64,000 nt of DNA from Patellaria atrata CBS 101060 (taxonomy: Eukaryota). Shown one piece after another: positions 11,101 through 21,269 of this stretch (its first letter is position 1; each line of letters opens with the position of its first letter). The notes under the pieces were generated by a model. It made no database searches. It saw only the letters and a list, made by a program, of their open reading frames with translations, and was not told where the DNA came from. The stretch covers positions 399,086-463,085 of the forward strand of contig MU006106.1 of assembly GCA_010093705.1 (NCBI GenBank), read 5' to 3'. Both the position numbers and the translations under genes were made by a program.

Positions 11101-12647
11101 AAATAAAGATAGGCGATTTAGAAGCTGAGCTCAACACAGCACAGACAAATATTCAAGAAGAAAAGGAGCGGATGAAGAATATGGAGGAGCAAAACGCGGA
11201 GGAACGACGACAGCGAGAGATCCTGGACAACAAGGAGAAATCCGAAGTCCAAAAGACCTTCAACGAGCTCAATAACCAACTGACCAAATCGAAAGATGAG
11301 GTCAGGAAATTACGAAAGAGTCTATCTACAAAAGAGGTGGAAGCAACGACATGGAAACAGCGTCTCGACGAGCTCGAAACAAATCTTCGCGAGGCACTTG
11401 GTAACCTCAACGGCACCAGATCCAGCCTCCTCAAGGTAGACCCTCACAAATGCTCAGCACAGTTCATCATCAGTAACCTCGTTCAGGACATCACCAAACT
11501 TCAGCAAGACCTGGACAACACCATCCACGAGCTTGACACGACGCGTAACGAGCTTGTCGAAAAGGATCGTCTTCTGCGAAACCGCGACGCCCTGCTAGAG
11601 AGCACAGGACTCGAAAGCCGCAGACTTTCAGATCTCCTCGACAAAGAGCGTCAAGCGAGGAAGCAAGAACGACACCATTTCGAGCAAGCTCAACGCACGC
11701 ACCAGACCACCACGCGAACGATACAGCAGCATGAAACCCGTGTGCTCGAGCTGGAGACGGCTCGAAGCCAAGACCGCCGCAAACTCGCTAACCTAGAGCA
11801 GAACTACCAGAACCAGCTCCTGGACCGCAACAACCTCCTGCTCGCGCTGTGGAACAGACTCATGACGCTTTGCGGCACCGACTGGGCACAAAAGCACAGC
11901 CTCGTCAACGGCGAGCTCATCTCCCTTGACGTCATCTCTCGCAACCTCGCCGGCTTCAATAAGAACATCATCCTCGCGGTCAAGAACGTGGAGAGCCTGA
12001 TCGGCGACTTCCGCGCCCGCATCCGCAACATCGAGCGCGATCTCTGGAAGGAATACCAGAAGCTCGAACACACGCTCGACATCCGCGTCAAGCGGCTCGA
12101 CCAACTCGAACGCGCGATGCCGACTAAAGACGGCAAACGTCTGACTCCGTCCCGCATCCCGAGCCACACCGAGAGCGCGGAACTCATGCGTTTAAGGAGT
12201 GAGAATAAGATGCTCAAAGCTGAGATCCAGTTTAACAAGCAACTCGACCCGCCGCCTCCTCCCCGCACAGACAGCGAGGAGGACTTCCACCCCGGCATCC
12301 CACACCCCTCACCCCCGACGAAGGTCAAGCGCGCCAGCGTCGCGAACACGCTGCTCAGACATCATAGCACGTCGGCGGTCGAGGCGCTGCAGCAGGGTGT
12401 CGCGGAGCGGGAGCGCGAGGTGGTGCCGATCCAGCAGATCGCGACGCAGGAGGCGACGGATCGCAGGTGGATTCATAGACTGAAGGAATTGGAGAGGCGG
12501 CTTAAGGCGGAAAGGGAGGCGAGGTTGTTGGATCGGAGTGGGGCGCGCAAGAGGCTAGAGGAGAAGGAGTTGGTTAATGAGGAGTTGAGACTAAAGCTTG
12601 AGAGGGAGAGGAGTAGGAGGGAGAGTGCGGAGGGGGGGACGGGGTAG
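8157..12647 (+). CDS. apsB: MTOC / gamma-tubulin recruiting coiled-coil protein, ApsB/Mto1 family
   Basis: Centrosomin CM1 motif TLKEQNSKIDSLSKENFDLKLRIYYL, long coiled coils, and C-terminal WIHRLKELERRLKAEREARLLDRSGARKRL motif typical of Mto1/ApsB. Probable in-frame 51-nt intron 11436-11486. Confidence 0.85.
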   Translation: MAGSSHEGEDLRTFEIPDSDLPPLPTDDDEFLGDESAFGDSQVNSDGILLDKELNRKLMDVESSFLPELSPQNATSAAPVGVDDTYLFGGSPGHTRPRSRMSGRSHGEQDVSEISKMDSPSPEEHALPSSSSPATPEDAYKTPAPARIENEVDFQAGDTTHDDTEDTNTSSIDVPSSPTAAAAQRNLARTVSRDALNNRNGDEENYDAVDTADESKRKTKSPGSPRPTSRASTVKATVTPDDETSLLPSHDNPIQSVEEDTSTTDATASSLLRKRPSYLTNRLASQRSSTSSIANKSDYSADARSDATLGADFALQSGGAAPAVSSTRSSYGLSRLPSLGSIVSGYSDSGQSYDPRRSISGFQSLGGLQGDKTLERLEEQERENSMSPPPATPRKDGNTAQAPTDTVIAQHLKNIQVPDTIAKKYREERAKSPDKRSIGLPLGRSRNNLTLKEQNSKIDSLSKENFDLKLRIYYLDQALQAHSDEGVKEMIAKNVQLQTDLATEKKETQSLRRKVRELERKLKAHEEDKTNTKVSEQDEETGSNSSFRNAELEEEIIYLRECLQHSEVQIEKLREDGLAKEVEKRRLAEYVKSMSDRGVPEPVAGVEEAMEMWKDLLQAETARREQADEDAQKLREEIRRLKSETPSTTNHHVRNVYQISKRNHTSYTSRSLSGASDNTNDQNGRQSMQSGSTMTLVDQLKHENAELRRDLGAQTSMLTSRNRERERLQQEIEDLKLTQRRGDGRSIAGDSIFERSISRAHQRSVSRASGATGMTKNTQLSDAERDDYENKQATLRDELANAKLENQELEREFNAHLTVLDQTEADVRALKEERDLLMNDIQAIQTERDDILLSLEEKEAECENLKVKAETTIRQLDDELDKKDQDISQLVQELENRNEDFAALQDEMKNVSGSLIQLEDDLLAKQQKIQTLEAELDDANRELDTLDKRLSETTSKNERLEVQLESTQGEIAFLREEQEGDKIKIGDLEAELNTAQTNIQEEKERMKNMEEQNAEERRQREILDNKEKSEVQKTFNELNNQLTKSKDEVRKLRKSLSTKEVEATTWKQRLDELETNLREALGNLNGTRSSLLKVDPHKCSAQFIISNLVQDITKLQQDLDNTIHELDTTRNELVEKDRLLRNRDALLESTGLESRRLSDLLDKERQARKQERHHFEQAQRTHQTTTRTIQQHETRVLELETARSQDRRKLANLEQNYQNQLLDRNNLLLALWNRLMTLCGTDWAQKHSLVNGELISLDVISRNLAGFNKNIILAVKNVESLIGDFRARIRNIERDLWKEYQKLEHTLDIRVKRLDQLERAMPTKDGKRLTPSRIPSHTESAELMRLRSENKMLKAEIQFNKQLDPPPPPRTDSEEDFHPGIPHPSPPTKVKRASVANTLLRHHSTSAVEALQQGVAEREREVVPIQQIATQEATDRRWIHRLKELERRLKAEREARLLDRSGARKRLEEKELVNEELRLKLERERSRRESAEGGTG

Positions 12648-14623
12648 GGGAAGAGGGAAGGGAGGTGGCTGAGGCCCTTCGTGAGGGTGGAAGGGGGTAT
12701 GGATGTGTATTGTAAAAGTTTCTTCTTCTTAATTTCTGGATAGGGGGTTCAGGGTTCGGTGTTTGGGTCCTTTTGGTGGGATGGACATCCACTAGGCGCT
12801 GAGAATGGGCTTCGCGATAGCATACCCGGATTTACTAGCTCGTGCGTCCGACTTCTTTATGGAGTATTTGTAGGACAATTGGAGGTCGGTATGAACTTAT
12901 ACGGATTCTGTTCGCAGCTGTGTCCACCATGTGTTCAGGCGCCTGTGGTGTCGTGGGATTTCACTTGTCACCCGTGCTTTGATAGGTTCCTCTGTCAACC
13001 GTATAGCGTGACTACCCACGTCGCCAGTTTCGTCGATTCTCCAGCATATATACGATCAGACAGAACAATGGTACGTTGCTTATTTACAAGACGAAGCAGT
13101 ATCTAGGGAACGGGATAGGTGCTGTAGACCGTCGATCTTATTCGCTACACGGAATGTTGGTAGGTATATCTACCCCTGATAGTCGTGTAGACCTATCACC
13201 ATAGGAGTACAACTCCCTTTCTAGTGCATAAGAGGTAGGATATATAAGAGTTCAATGGAGCGAACGCACTAGCGTGTTCACTGGAGGTTAGTCGCTGAGA
13301 GGGTATGTGATTATACGCTCTGGTATGATTAGATGACCTTAGAAGGTTTAGGTTGGTTGGGATGGTTGTTATGTTGGAGGTATCATGGTTGTGATGTGTG
13401 TGATCTGGTTACGAGGTTGCTATCATTGATGAATTGTGACCTGTGCGTTGCAATATTGCTGTGATAATAGATATGGGAAACGGGATCAATAAATATAACT
13501 CCGTAATGTGATATAGCTTCCCTCGTACTACATGCTATGTGATATACGCTCCCATCGTGGTTACGGAAAGAGAGAGGACATTGTGACTTGCATCCACGGA
13601 GTTAACCTGACATCTTAAAAATGTAACATGGGCAAACGTGGTTTGGCACCCCAATAGCAGTGAGCAAGTCATGTACGAAGCTCGAGAACGGTCTCCACTC
13701 AACTACACTTTCGAAATGGCATCTTTATGTAGTATGCACATCGGAGACCTAAGGCTGAGGGCTATTCAACTAGTCGGTGCTATCACAATCTTGGACAGAG
13801 AAAAGGGTACGTCCGAGAAATATCCTTAGTAAGAAGTGAAAGTGAAATGAATGAGCTTGAAAGGCATCCTGTCATGGAGTGTGTCATATGTTAGGATGAA
13901 TTTAACTAGAATAGATACGGAGGAGATTTGGTGATCACATGGGCTGAAGGCGAGAGAGGCAATATTTTGGATCAAGAGGTGATGAAATGATAAGTAAAAA
14001 GGTGCTAACGACTGGGATTTCTCCATCAAGATCACGTTGATGGTAGTCAGTCCTTGAGAAAGACACCAAAGCTTACTGAAAGTTGACTTGTAAGTTGTAA
14101 GAAGAGGTTTTGATGAAACGTGACTTCATAAGCATCACTCACGTGCACCTCACCACAGTTGTTTGATAACCGATCACCGGGACCGGTATTTAAGACTTTC
14201 TTGGAGTTTAAGGGAGAGAGTCTTCGTACAAGTAAATCTCAAGATTCTACGATCTTCTTCCACGTGGCGTCAAATCACTTTTTACGCCCACTGTTTATAA
14301 GAGCCTCCCGCGGGGGACTGGCCTGCGTCTCGCAACCTTAACACACAAACTTCCAGAGACCTGTTTTCTAGAAAACAACGATCTTCATCAAACAACTCAT
14401 ACAGCGAGCGCTTCGAGTGTCCTTGAGCTAAGTCGAAGTTACGAGACTCATTGCATCGGAAATGTGATTCTCTCAGCTCTCAGGACGAGATAAGCAAACG
14501 TAGTTTTCAGCAACATCAAGGAAAGTAAAACGGTCAGTTTCTGTCATCGTCGCTCTATCCAAGCATTGAGATGTCCAGTTTCCAATGATGCTGACAATAA
14601 GTGAAGGATATCGCTCTGCTATC

Positions 14624-15911
14624 ATGGACGCTCCAACTGAGAACCATGATGTGGTGGGCAGGGAGACTGAGATCCAAATTACGATCAAGGATGAAGGTGG
14701 CCTTGGACTAAAGCGTTCCCGTGAACGTAGCACTTCGTCCGATGAGGATTCCCTCTTCGTGTCAGAGACTAAGCGTGGAAGTAATAGTCATTCCTCGAGC
14801 AGTTTGCGCCAGAGGATGATGAAGGATCTTGAAGCAACAGCGTTGAAGGCTGAAAATGAAATGGGACATAAGGAATTGAAAAGCCCGAAAGCTTCAACCA
14901 GCAATGAAGTGGGTTGTCCTGGTAGACTTTGGTGAGATGACTCTGCTAATAGACGATGAAAGACTCAACAGGCGAAGAGAGTTCGAATCACACCAGATGA
15001 CTCAGCTATGCGAGATCAAAACGTACCTGCCCATCAAGATCCACCAGTTCCGGTTAGCGCGGAGAAGGCCCTAGATCAACTTTTGGCGAATGTTGATACG
15101 CGAGGTCCCCACGGCAACGTGGATCGTGTGATCCAGGCAGACGCGTCAACCACTATAAAGGAGACCCACCCCGCACAACACACAGGTAATCCACTTCGCA
15201 AAGAACGTCTCGTCGATCTCCTTGTTCGATCAACCTTTGCAACAGAACCAAAAAAGGTACACGGGTGTCCTTCTCCTCATAGGCCACCTATACCTGCAGG
15301 TCCTAACATTCGCAAAGCAGTTCCTCCTCAACAAGTAAAACAAATCGTACCAATGTCTGCAAGCTACAGAAATGCTAGTGTGACACCAAGTATGAAGTCG
15401 GAAGATGAGGAAGCCCGTCAAGGAGGTACGTTATCTGACCTTTGATCTTTCAGTTATCTAACTCTTACGCAATGTGGTGACTCGAAAATCTGCTAACATG
15501 TCCGTACAACTAGGCGGACGGGAACGTCTTGAAACGCCGAATTCGACTGCAGCACCCGGGGATGCAATTGCCCATGCGATGCAACTCCTCGAGGAGGGCC
15601 AGGCGAAGCTCGTAACCAAATTGGCTGAACGTCACGACCAAATCGAGAAGATGAGCGGTCGCATCAAGGAGCTGGAGCGAATGTACAACGCGGAGCGTGC
15701 GAGGCGAATGGAGGTCCAGCAGCAGAAAGACAAAGTCGATGATGTCGCCGACGAGGGCAGGGAGTTCATGAAGTTGTACGAGAAGCTGGAGGAAGCTGCT
15801 CGTCAGGTGGTGACCTTGGGAGCCAGCATGGCCAATCCAAACCTAGGTCCCCTTGGAAAGGCATTGGCGGACTTGAAGGCGCTCGTCGAGACTCCTATGG
15901 ATAGCGAGTAG
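14624..15911 (+). CDS. Hypothetical, probably lineage-restricted protein; disordered N-terminus and C-terminal coiled coil; 3 exons
   Basis: ORFs 14585, 15008 and 15474 are joined in frame by introns 14909-14962 and 15426-15513 (GCTAAT/GCTAAC branch sites). Start uncertain (14585 or 14624). No recognisable domain. Confidence 0.65.
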
Positions 15912-18136
15912 GACTCATCTCTGAGATGTAGTGGATGATTATTTCGAGTTACATGCGGACATCTGAATGGTACAAAAGTGCCATTCATTAGAGGAGTTAA
16001 TGGGTTACGAATTCATGCTGTACAGTAGATAATATGAAATGGGACATCTGAATGATTGCAAATCTGACTTTCCATGGTGATTGAAAATATCTGACTTGTT
16101 TAGGATGGCCAATACGATGTGCATGATGTGTAACTAAACACCCGTATGATACGATTGGGTTCCATTTTACGCTTCCAGTGTATCTCATACAAGTACAGGC
16201 CGTGATGGTATGGTCACACCGTAGTGTGCTGGGACAAGTTGTCCAGAGTTTTAAATTGACTTTGGGGATGGTATGGAGGAACACCATATACGGATAGATA
16301 GTACGTCTATGTGATGCGCAATTTCAAGAATCCAGGAGTTACTGCCCATATTCCAGACCACCATATCGCCGTACAAAGTTTGGAAGTGCAATATACCAGC
16401 GGGAGTCTGGGTTGGAGTTTCGGTCCTCCCCAATAAAGCAGTCAGACATGCCCTGGAATGATATCTAGTCTCTGTGCTTGAACCCAGCGAGGTAATGGTA
16501 TTTTCCTCAAGGATTTCCTGCGGTACTCTGGTCGAAGTCACTCCTAGTAGCCTTATATGGTGGTGATAGGAAAAAGAAGATATTGTTTCCCTTATACAGG
16601 AGTCTCCTTGTACTGATGTCAGAGTTCACGTCAGATTTGTACAGAAGAGCTTAAAGGGAAGGAGGAAGAACATGGGTGGATGATGTGAAAGACCATATAC
16701 AGCAACTCAAGATTCGGTTTCCCTCAGCCCCAGTGTGAGTTGTACGACTTGTAGGTGTTTTGAATTCTATTTCAGTAGTTGTATGATCGAAAGTGAGGTC
16801 ACCCTAACAGTTTGTACAGAAGGAAAAGCGACAAGGAAGAAATATGCGGCTCGTAAGAAGCTTGTCTTCTAAATCATCTTCCTTTCGGTCACATCCGCTG
16901 TCAGTATGGTGGTTTACGCAAGCCACTGGCCCGCCTCCAGCGCTCTGGGCCCTTATGGATGGACATTAAGCAACCACTGAACTGTGTGCGGAAAGGAAAT
17001 CGTGGGGGAGTAACTAGGAATATTCTTTTCCTCGTGCTATCCTCGTTCCATGACTGGTGAGATGAGGGATGTGGAAGGGAAGACGTGCAGATAGAGTCGT
17101 CGCAATTACGCTTGCATCCGTCCCTAAGTGGCCTTGTTAGGCTCATCTACCTTGTCCGTTGCAGCTCTGCAGGGAAGCGTAATCAAGTTGGAGGAAAGTG
17201 TACTCGATAGAGCGGTATGAGACGAAGCCCATGACCAATTCGGGTCAAGAGATCTTAGGAATCCATGTGAAGATGGGAACACTTTGATGCTTTTTCAATC
17301 TCGGAGAGTCCGCTCTTTATACAAGCCAAATTGAGCCACGATGCTTTGTCCCACAAGCCCCTTTTGAACATCCAACCTTCAACGCCACGTGGAGGAGGAA
17401 GCAGATATGTTTTCGTTTTTTGCGCGAATCTCTCCACTCGGTCAACTTTTTCGCGATTAGCCTACAGGCTTTTGAACGCAGATTGTGTAAATTGCAAGGT
17501 ATAACCCTTATGGGACTGCGTTATGGTGTTGAAGCGGTAAACGAGAAACGAGAAAACGCAAGACGGTAAGAGAGATTGGGCTTTGGGCATTAGGGGTTAA
17601 GAGTGCCAATACCACCTCAATTGATGCTACGGAAAGTTCGGCGGCGGGTGGGACGGCTTTGACAAGGACTTGTCAGCATCTGCACGCGCGCTCTGCCTCT
17701 TCCTGCGACTCTTTTTTTTTTCTTTCATTCCTCCAGGTCATCTTCAAGGAGAAGTACGACCGACTTCGTCTTCGTCTTCGCCCACTCCTACCACTACACC
17801 ACCGTGAAAACGACGTCTTCGTGCATACTTGCTGGTATCGTGCATCTTGGACCTTGTTGTCGTGAACAACATAGCCTCCATAACGGGAACCCCTCAGCTC
17901 TACCCCGCGATATTTAGAAATCCCTTTCTGTCATACTTAAGATAACCTTACCATCACCTCGTTCAAGGTCTATCCATACCATCGATCTCTAATCGAAGAG
18001 CCTCTTACCTCTCACCCAATCGTACCTTAATATTTCTATACCTCTATCTGAGAGAAGCGACTTCGTTACATCACCTACTTCGCCTTCCACCGCGTATAGC
18101 TCTCAGCCGCACCCGCGTCTACTCGCAACTGTCGTT

Positions 18137-20042
18137 ATGTCTTATTACCCAGGACAACAATATCAAGGAGGGCAACCTCACAATAACTATGGACCTCCAC
18201 CACAGCAATATCCACCTCAAGGATATGCGCCGCCGGCGCCGCAATACGGATCCCCTCAACCACAGTATCCACCGTAAGGCCTATGTAGACGCATTGAAAG
18301 TATAGGGTTCTGATATGAGATAGACAACAAGGCTATAACTACCCACCGCAGGGAGCTCCGTCACCTCAACCCCCTTATAACAACTTTGGTCGTCCACCCC
18401 CCTCACCCCAGCCGTACGGTTACCAACAAGTAATGTCCCCAGAGCTTGTGCCACCAGCTGCGTACGCTAACTGTACCGCCAGACACCACCCCCAGGACCA
18501 ATGAACGGTGGCTATGGAGCCCCTGATGGCGCACCCAGACCTCCTCAGCAGTATGGACAGGGACCCCGTAAGTGAAAACGGTCTCTTATAGAGCTGGACG
18601 TGATCATCAATTGACACGATTTTTTTTTCAGCGCCGCCCAATTATCAGCAAAACTCTTACAATAATGGCAATCACAACGCTCCACCACCACCGCCACAGC
18701 AAGCTCAAGGTTTCGGGCATGGAGCCCCCTCGAATTATACATACCAATATTCGAACTGTACCGGTCGACGAAAAGCTCTTTTGATAGGTATTAATTATTT
18801 CCAACAACGTGGCCAGCTTAGAGGGTGTATCAATGATGTGAGAAACATGTCCAACTACCTAAATGGCCATTTTGGGTACAAGAGGGAAGATATGGTCTTG
18901 TTGACGGATGATCAACAAAATCCCATGAGCCAACCTACAAAAGCGAACATTCTCAGAGCAATGCATTGGCTAGTAAAGGATGCTCAACCGAACGATTCAC
19001 TGTTCTTCCACTATTCCGGACATGGTGGTCAGACCAAAGACCTTGACGGAGATGAAGATGACGGATATGACGAGGTCATCTACCCTGTGGACTTCCGGAC
19101 CGCTGGTCACATAGTTGATGATGAGATGCATAGAATAATGTTAGCTTCCTTAATGTCTGGTCGAAGTGTCGTTACTAACTCCTTCTTAGGGTATCTGGAT
19201 TGAAGCCTGGGGTTAGACTCACTGCTATCTTCGACTCCTGTCACTCTGGTTCCGCTCTCGATCTTCCATATATTTATTCCACCCAAGGTGTACTCAAAGA
19301 GCCCAATCTTGCAAAAGAAGCTGGCCAGGGTTTACTTGGTATTGTGTCATCCTACGCTCGTGGCGATTATGCAGGTGTCGCTTCTACTGCACTGGGATTC
19401 CTCAAGAAAGCAGCTACAGGGGATGATACGCGGAAGAAGAACCTTAGAACCAAGACTTCTTCAGCTGATGTCATCATGTGGTCCGGAAGTAAAGATGCAC
19501 AAACTTCGTTAGTACCCCTTAATCCTTTTATGTTTATTCCCAAGTTTGATATACCCCTTGGTTACACGATGATGGGTTGAATATCTGTATCTGGCGTGGA
19601 TGATGTGGCTTTTATTTTCCTTTCCACTTGCGATATACTCTGTTATAGCTCTGTTTTAATCAAGCGTACCATGTCCCCAGTTGGGTAGGACTCTCACGTC
19701 CTCACCAGCTTCGGGACGACGGGTTACGTTGGAACATCTTTAACAGAGGTCAATGTATGAGGAGTAATGCTGACATTTACCCATTAGATCTGACGCAAAT
19801 ATCGGCGGCGAAGCTACCGGAGCAATGTCATGGGCATTTGTTACCGCACTGAAAAAGAATCCCCAACAGAGTTATGTGCAACTACTCAATAGCATACGGG
19901 ATGAACTAGAGGGGAAATACAATCAAAAGCCCCAACTAAGCTGTAGTCACCCCTTAAGTGAGTTAACACACCGAACCCGAACCACCACATCAACAAGTCC
20001 ACTGACTTGATTCCAGATGTAAATCTGCTATACGTGATGTAA
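18137..20042 (+). CDS. MCA1: Type I metacaspase (Mca1/CasA), 7 exons
   Basis: Q/P/Y/G-rich prodomain, [17 protein letters not shown], catalytic His in YSGHGG and Cys in [32 protein letters not shown]-stop; all six introns splice in frame. Confidence 0.95.
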
Positions 20043-20432
20043 TCGTAAAACCAGACTCTTTCTTGTACATAGTTTCTACTTTGCTCTTATATGGAGCGCT
20101 CGGGATTGATAATAATATCTATGTCTCTTATTGGAAAGATTGACTCATATTGTAGGCGTGGTTTAATAGGGGGTGGAAAAGTATACGATGGTTGTCATCA
20201 ACTGTTTGACAAGGAAAGGGCGGTATCCTTGTTTAATTCTCGACTTACCACAAATGGAATGAATGCTTCTGCTTATATTGATATGCCCAAGTTTAATCAC
20301 AATAGCGCAGCACAATATTTTATATCAGCCATAAATACTTTCTAAATGCAGATTCTTTGATCACGATCTCCGTTTCGTCGATGGCGGAAAATTCCATAGA
20401 CCGAATAGTGGCCACAGCTCCAATGAGAGTTG

Positions 20433-20456
20433 TGACGTATGCGTTACCTTACGTAG
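20433..20456 (+). promoter_or_regulatory. Two CRE-like bZIP (Atf1/AtfA-type) motifs upstream of the LEA-like gene
   Basis: TGACGTA at 20433-20439 and TTACGTAG at 20449-20456, with CCAAT at 20420, about 150-180 bp upstream of ATG 20601. Function is inferred. Confidence 0.4.
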
Positions 20457-20600
20457 TTGTACCCTACAAAAGCTTGTGAACTCCTCTCCTCTTTTTCTCA
20501 CTATAACAATAAAACAAACCATCAATCACCCCTAGACTATCCTAGAAATCATCTCAAGCGAATCTCGAAATCAACGTTTCTTCTATATAAATCATACAAA

Positions 20601-21096
20601 ATGTTCAGAACAGCAATTGCCCGTCAAGCCCGCCTCTTCACCACCTCCGCGAGAGTCCAAAAGACTGCAACTGAGACCGTCAAGGATGGACTGAAGGCTG
20701 TCGATCGAACTGTCAGCGATGTTGCCGTTAAGGGTATTGAGGTTGGAGGTGAGTCGAACATGTCATTAACCTGATCGCTCAACTGCATCCCAGACCGTCA
20801 TGGATGTTTGCCACATCACCCGACGTGATGGTCTACATCATCGGACTTCTCCTATGCCATTTGGCTTCCCTTGAATAGGACTAACAGGCAGTTTAGAATC
20901 AGCAACTCAAGCCATCAAGGAGACCGTCGGTACCAATACCTCAAAAGCTGCAGGCGAGACTCAAGGTGCTGCACATGAGATGTCTGGTTCCGCTAAGGGT
21001 ACCAGTTCGGAGCTAGCGGGCAAGGCGAAGGGCACGGCACAGGAGATGGCCGGAAAGGCAAAGGGGACCAAGGAGGAGATCAAGGGGAAGATGTGA
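20601..21096 (+). CDS. Small LEA-like hydrophilin with mitochondrial-presequence-like N-terminus; 2 exons
   Basis: MFRTAIARQARLFTTSARVQK presequence; intron 20749-20896; 11-mer-like repeats ELAGKAKGTAQ/EMAGKAKGTKE; stop TGA 21094-21096. Confidence 0.8.
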
Positions 21097-21269
21097 GGGG
21101 ACTGCTTGACCGATCAGGAGAGGTTACGGGTTGATTTACTCTTGTTGCATTAGCATTGTACAGTTGAATGACGACCCCCGTCCTGAGGGGTAACAAAATA
21201 ATCCACATTCCGCCCAATCGATTTGAAAGTATGAATATCCATTTGACATGCCTACTTTGGACAATCCAC

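Noticed and set aside
15426..15513. Nested (stwintron-like) intron, given several branch-like motifs and an internal CAG
   Set aside because: The internal unit would be only about 27 nt and its removal does not create a good donor; a single intron restores the frame.
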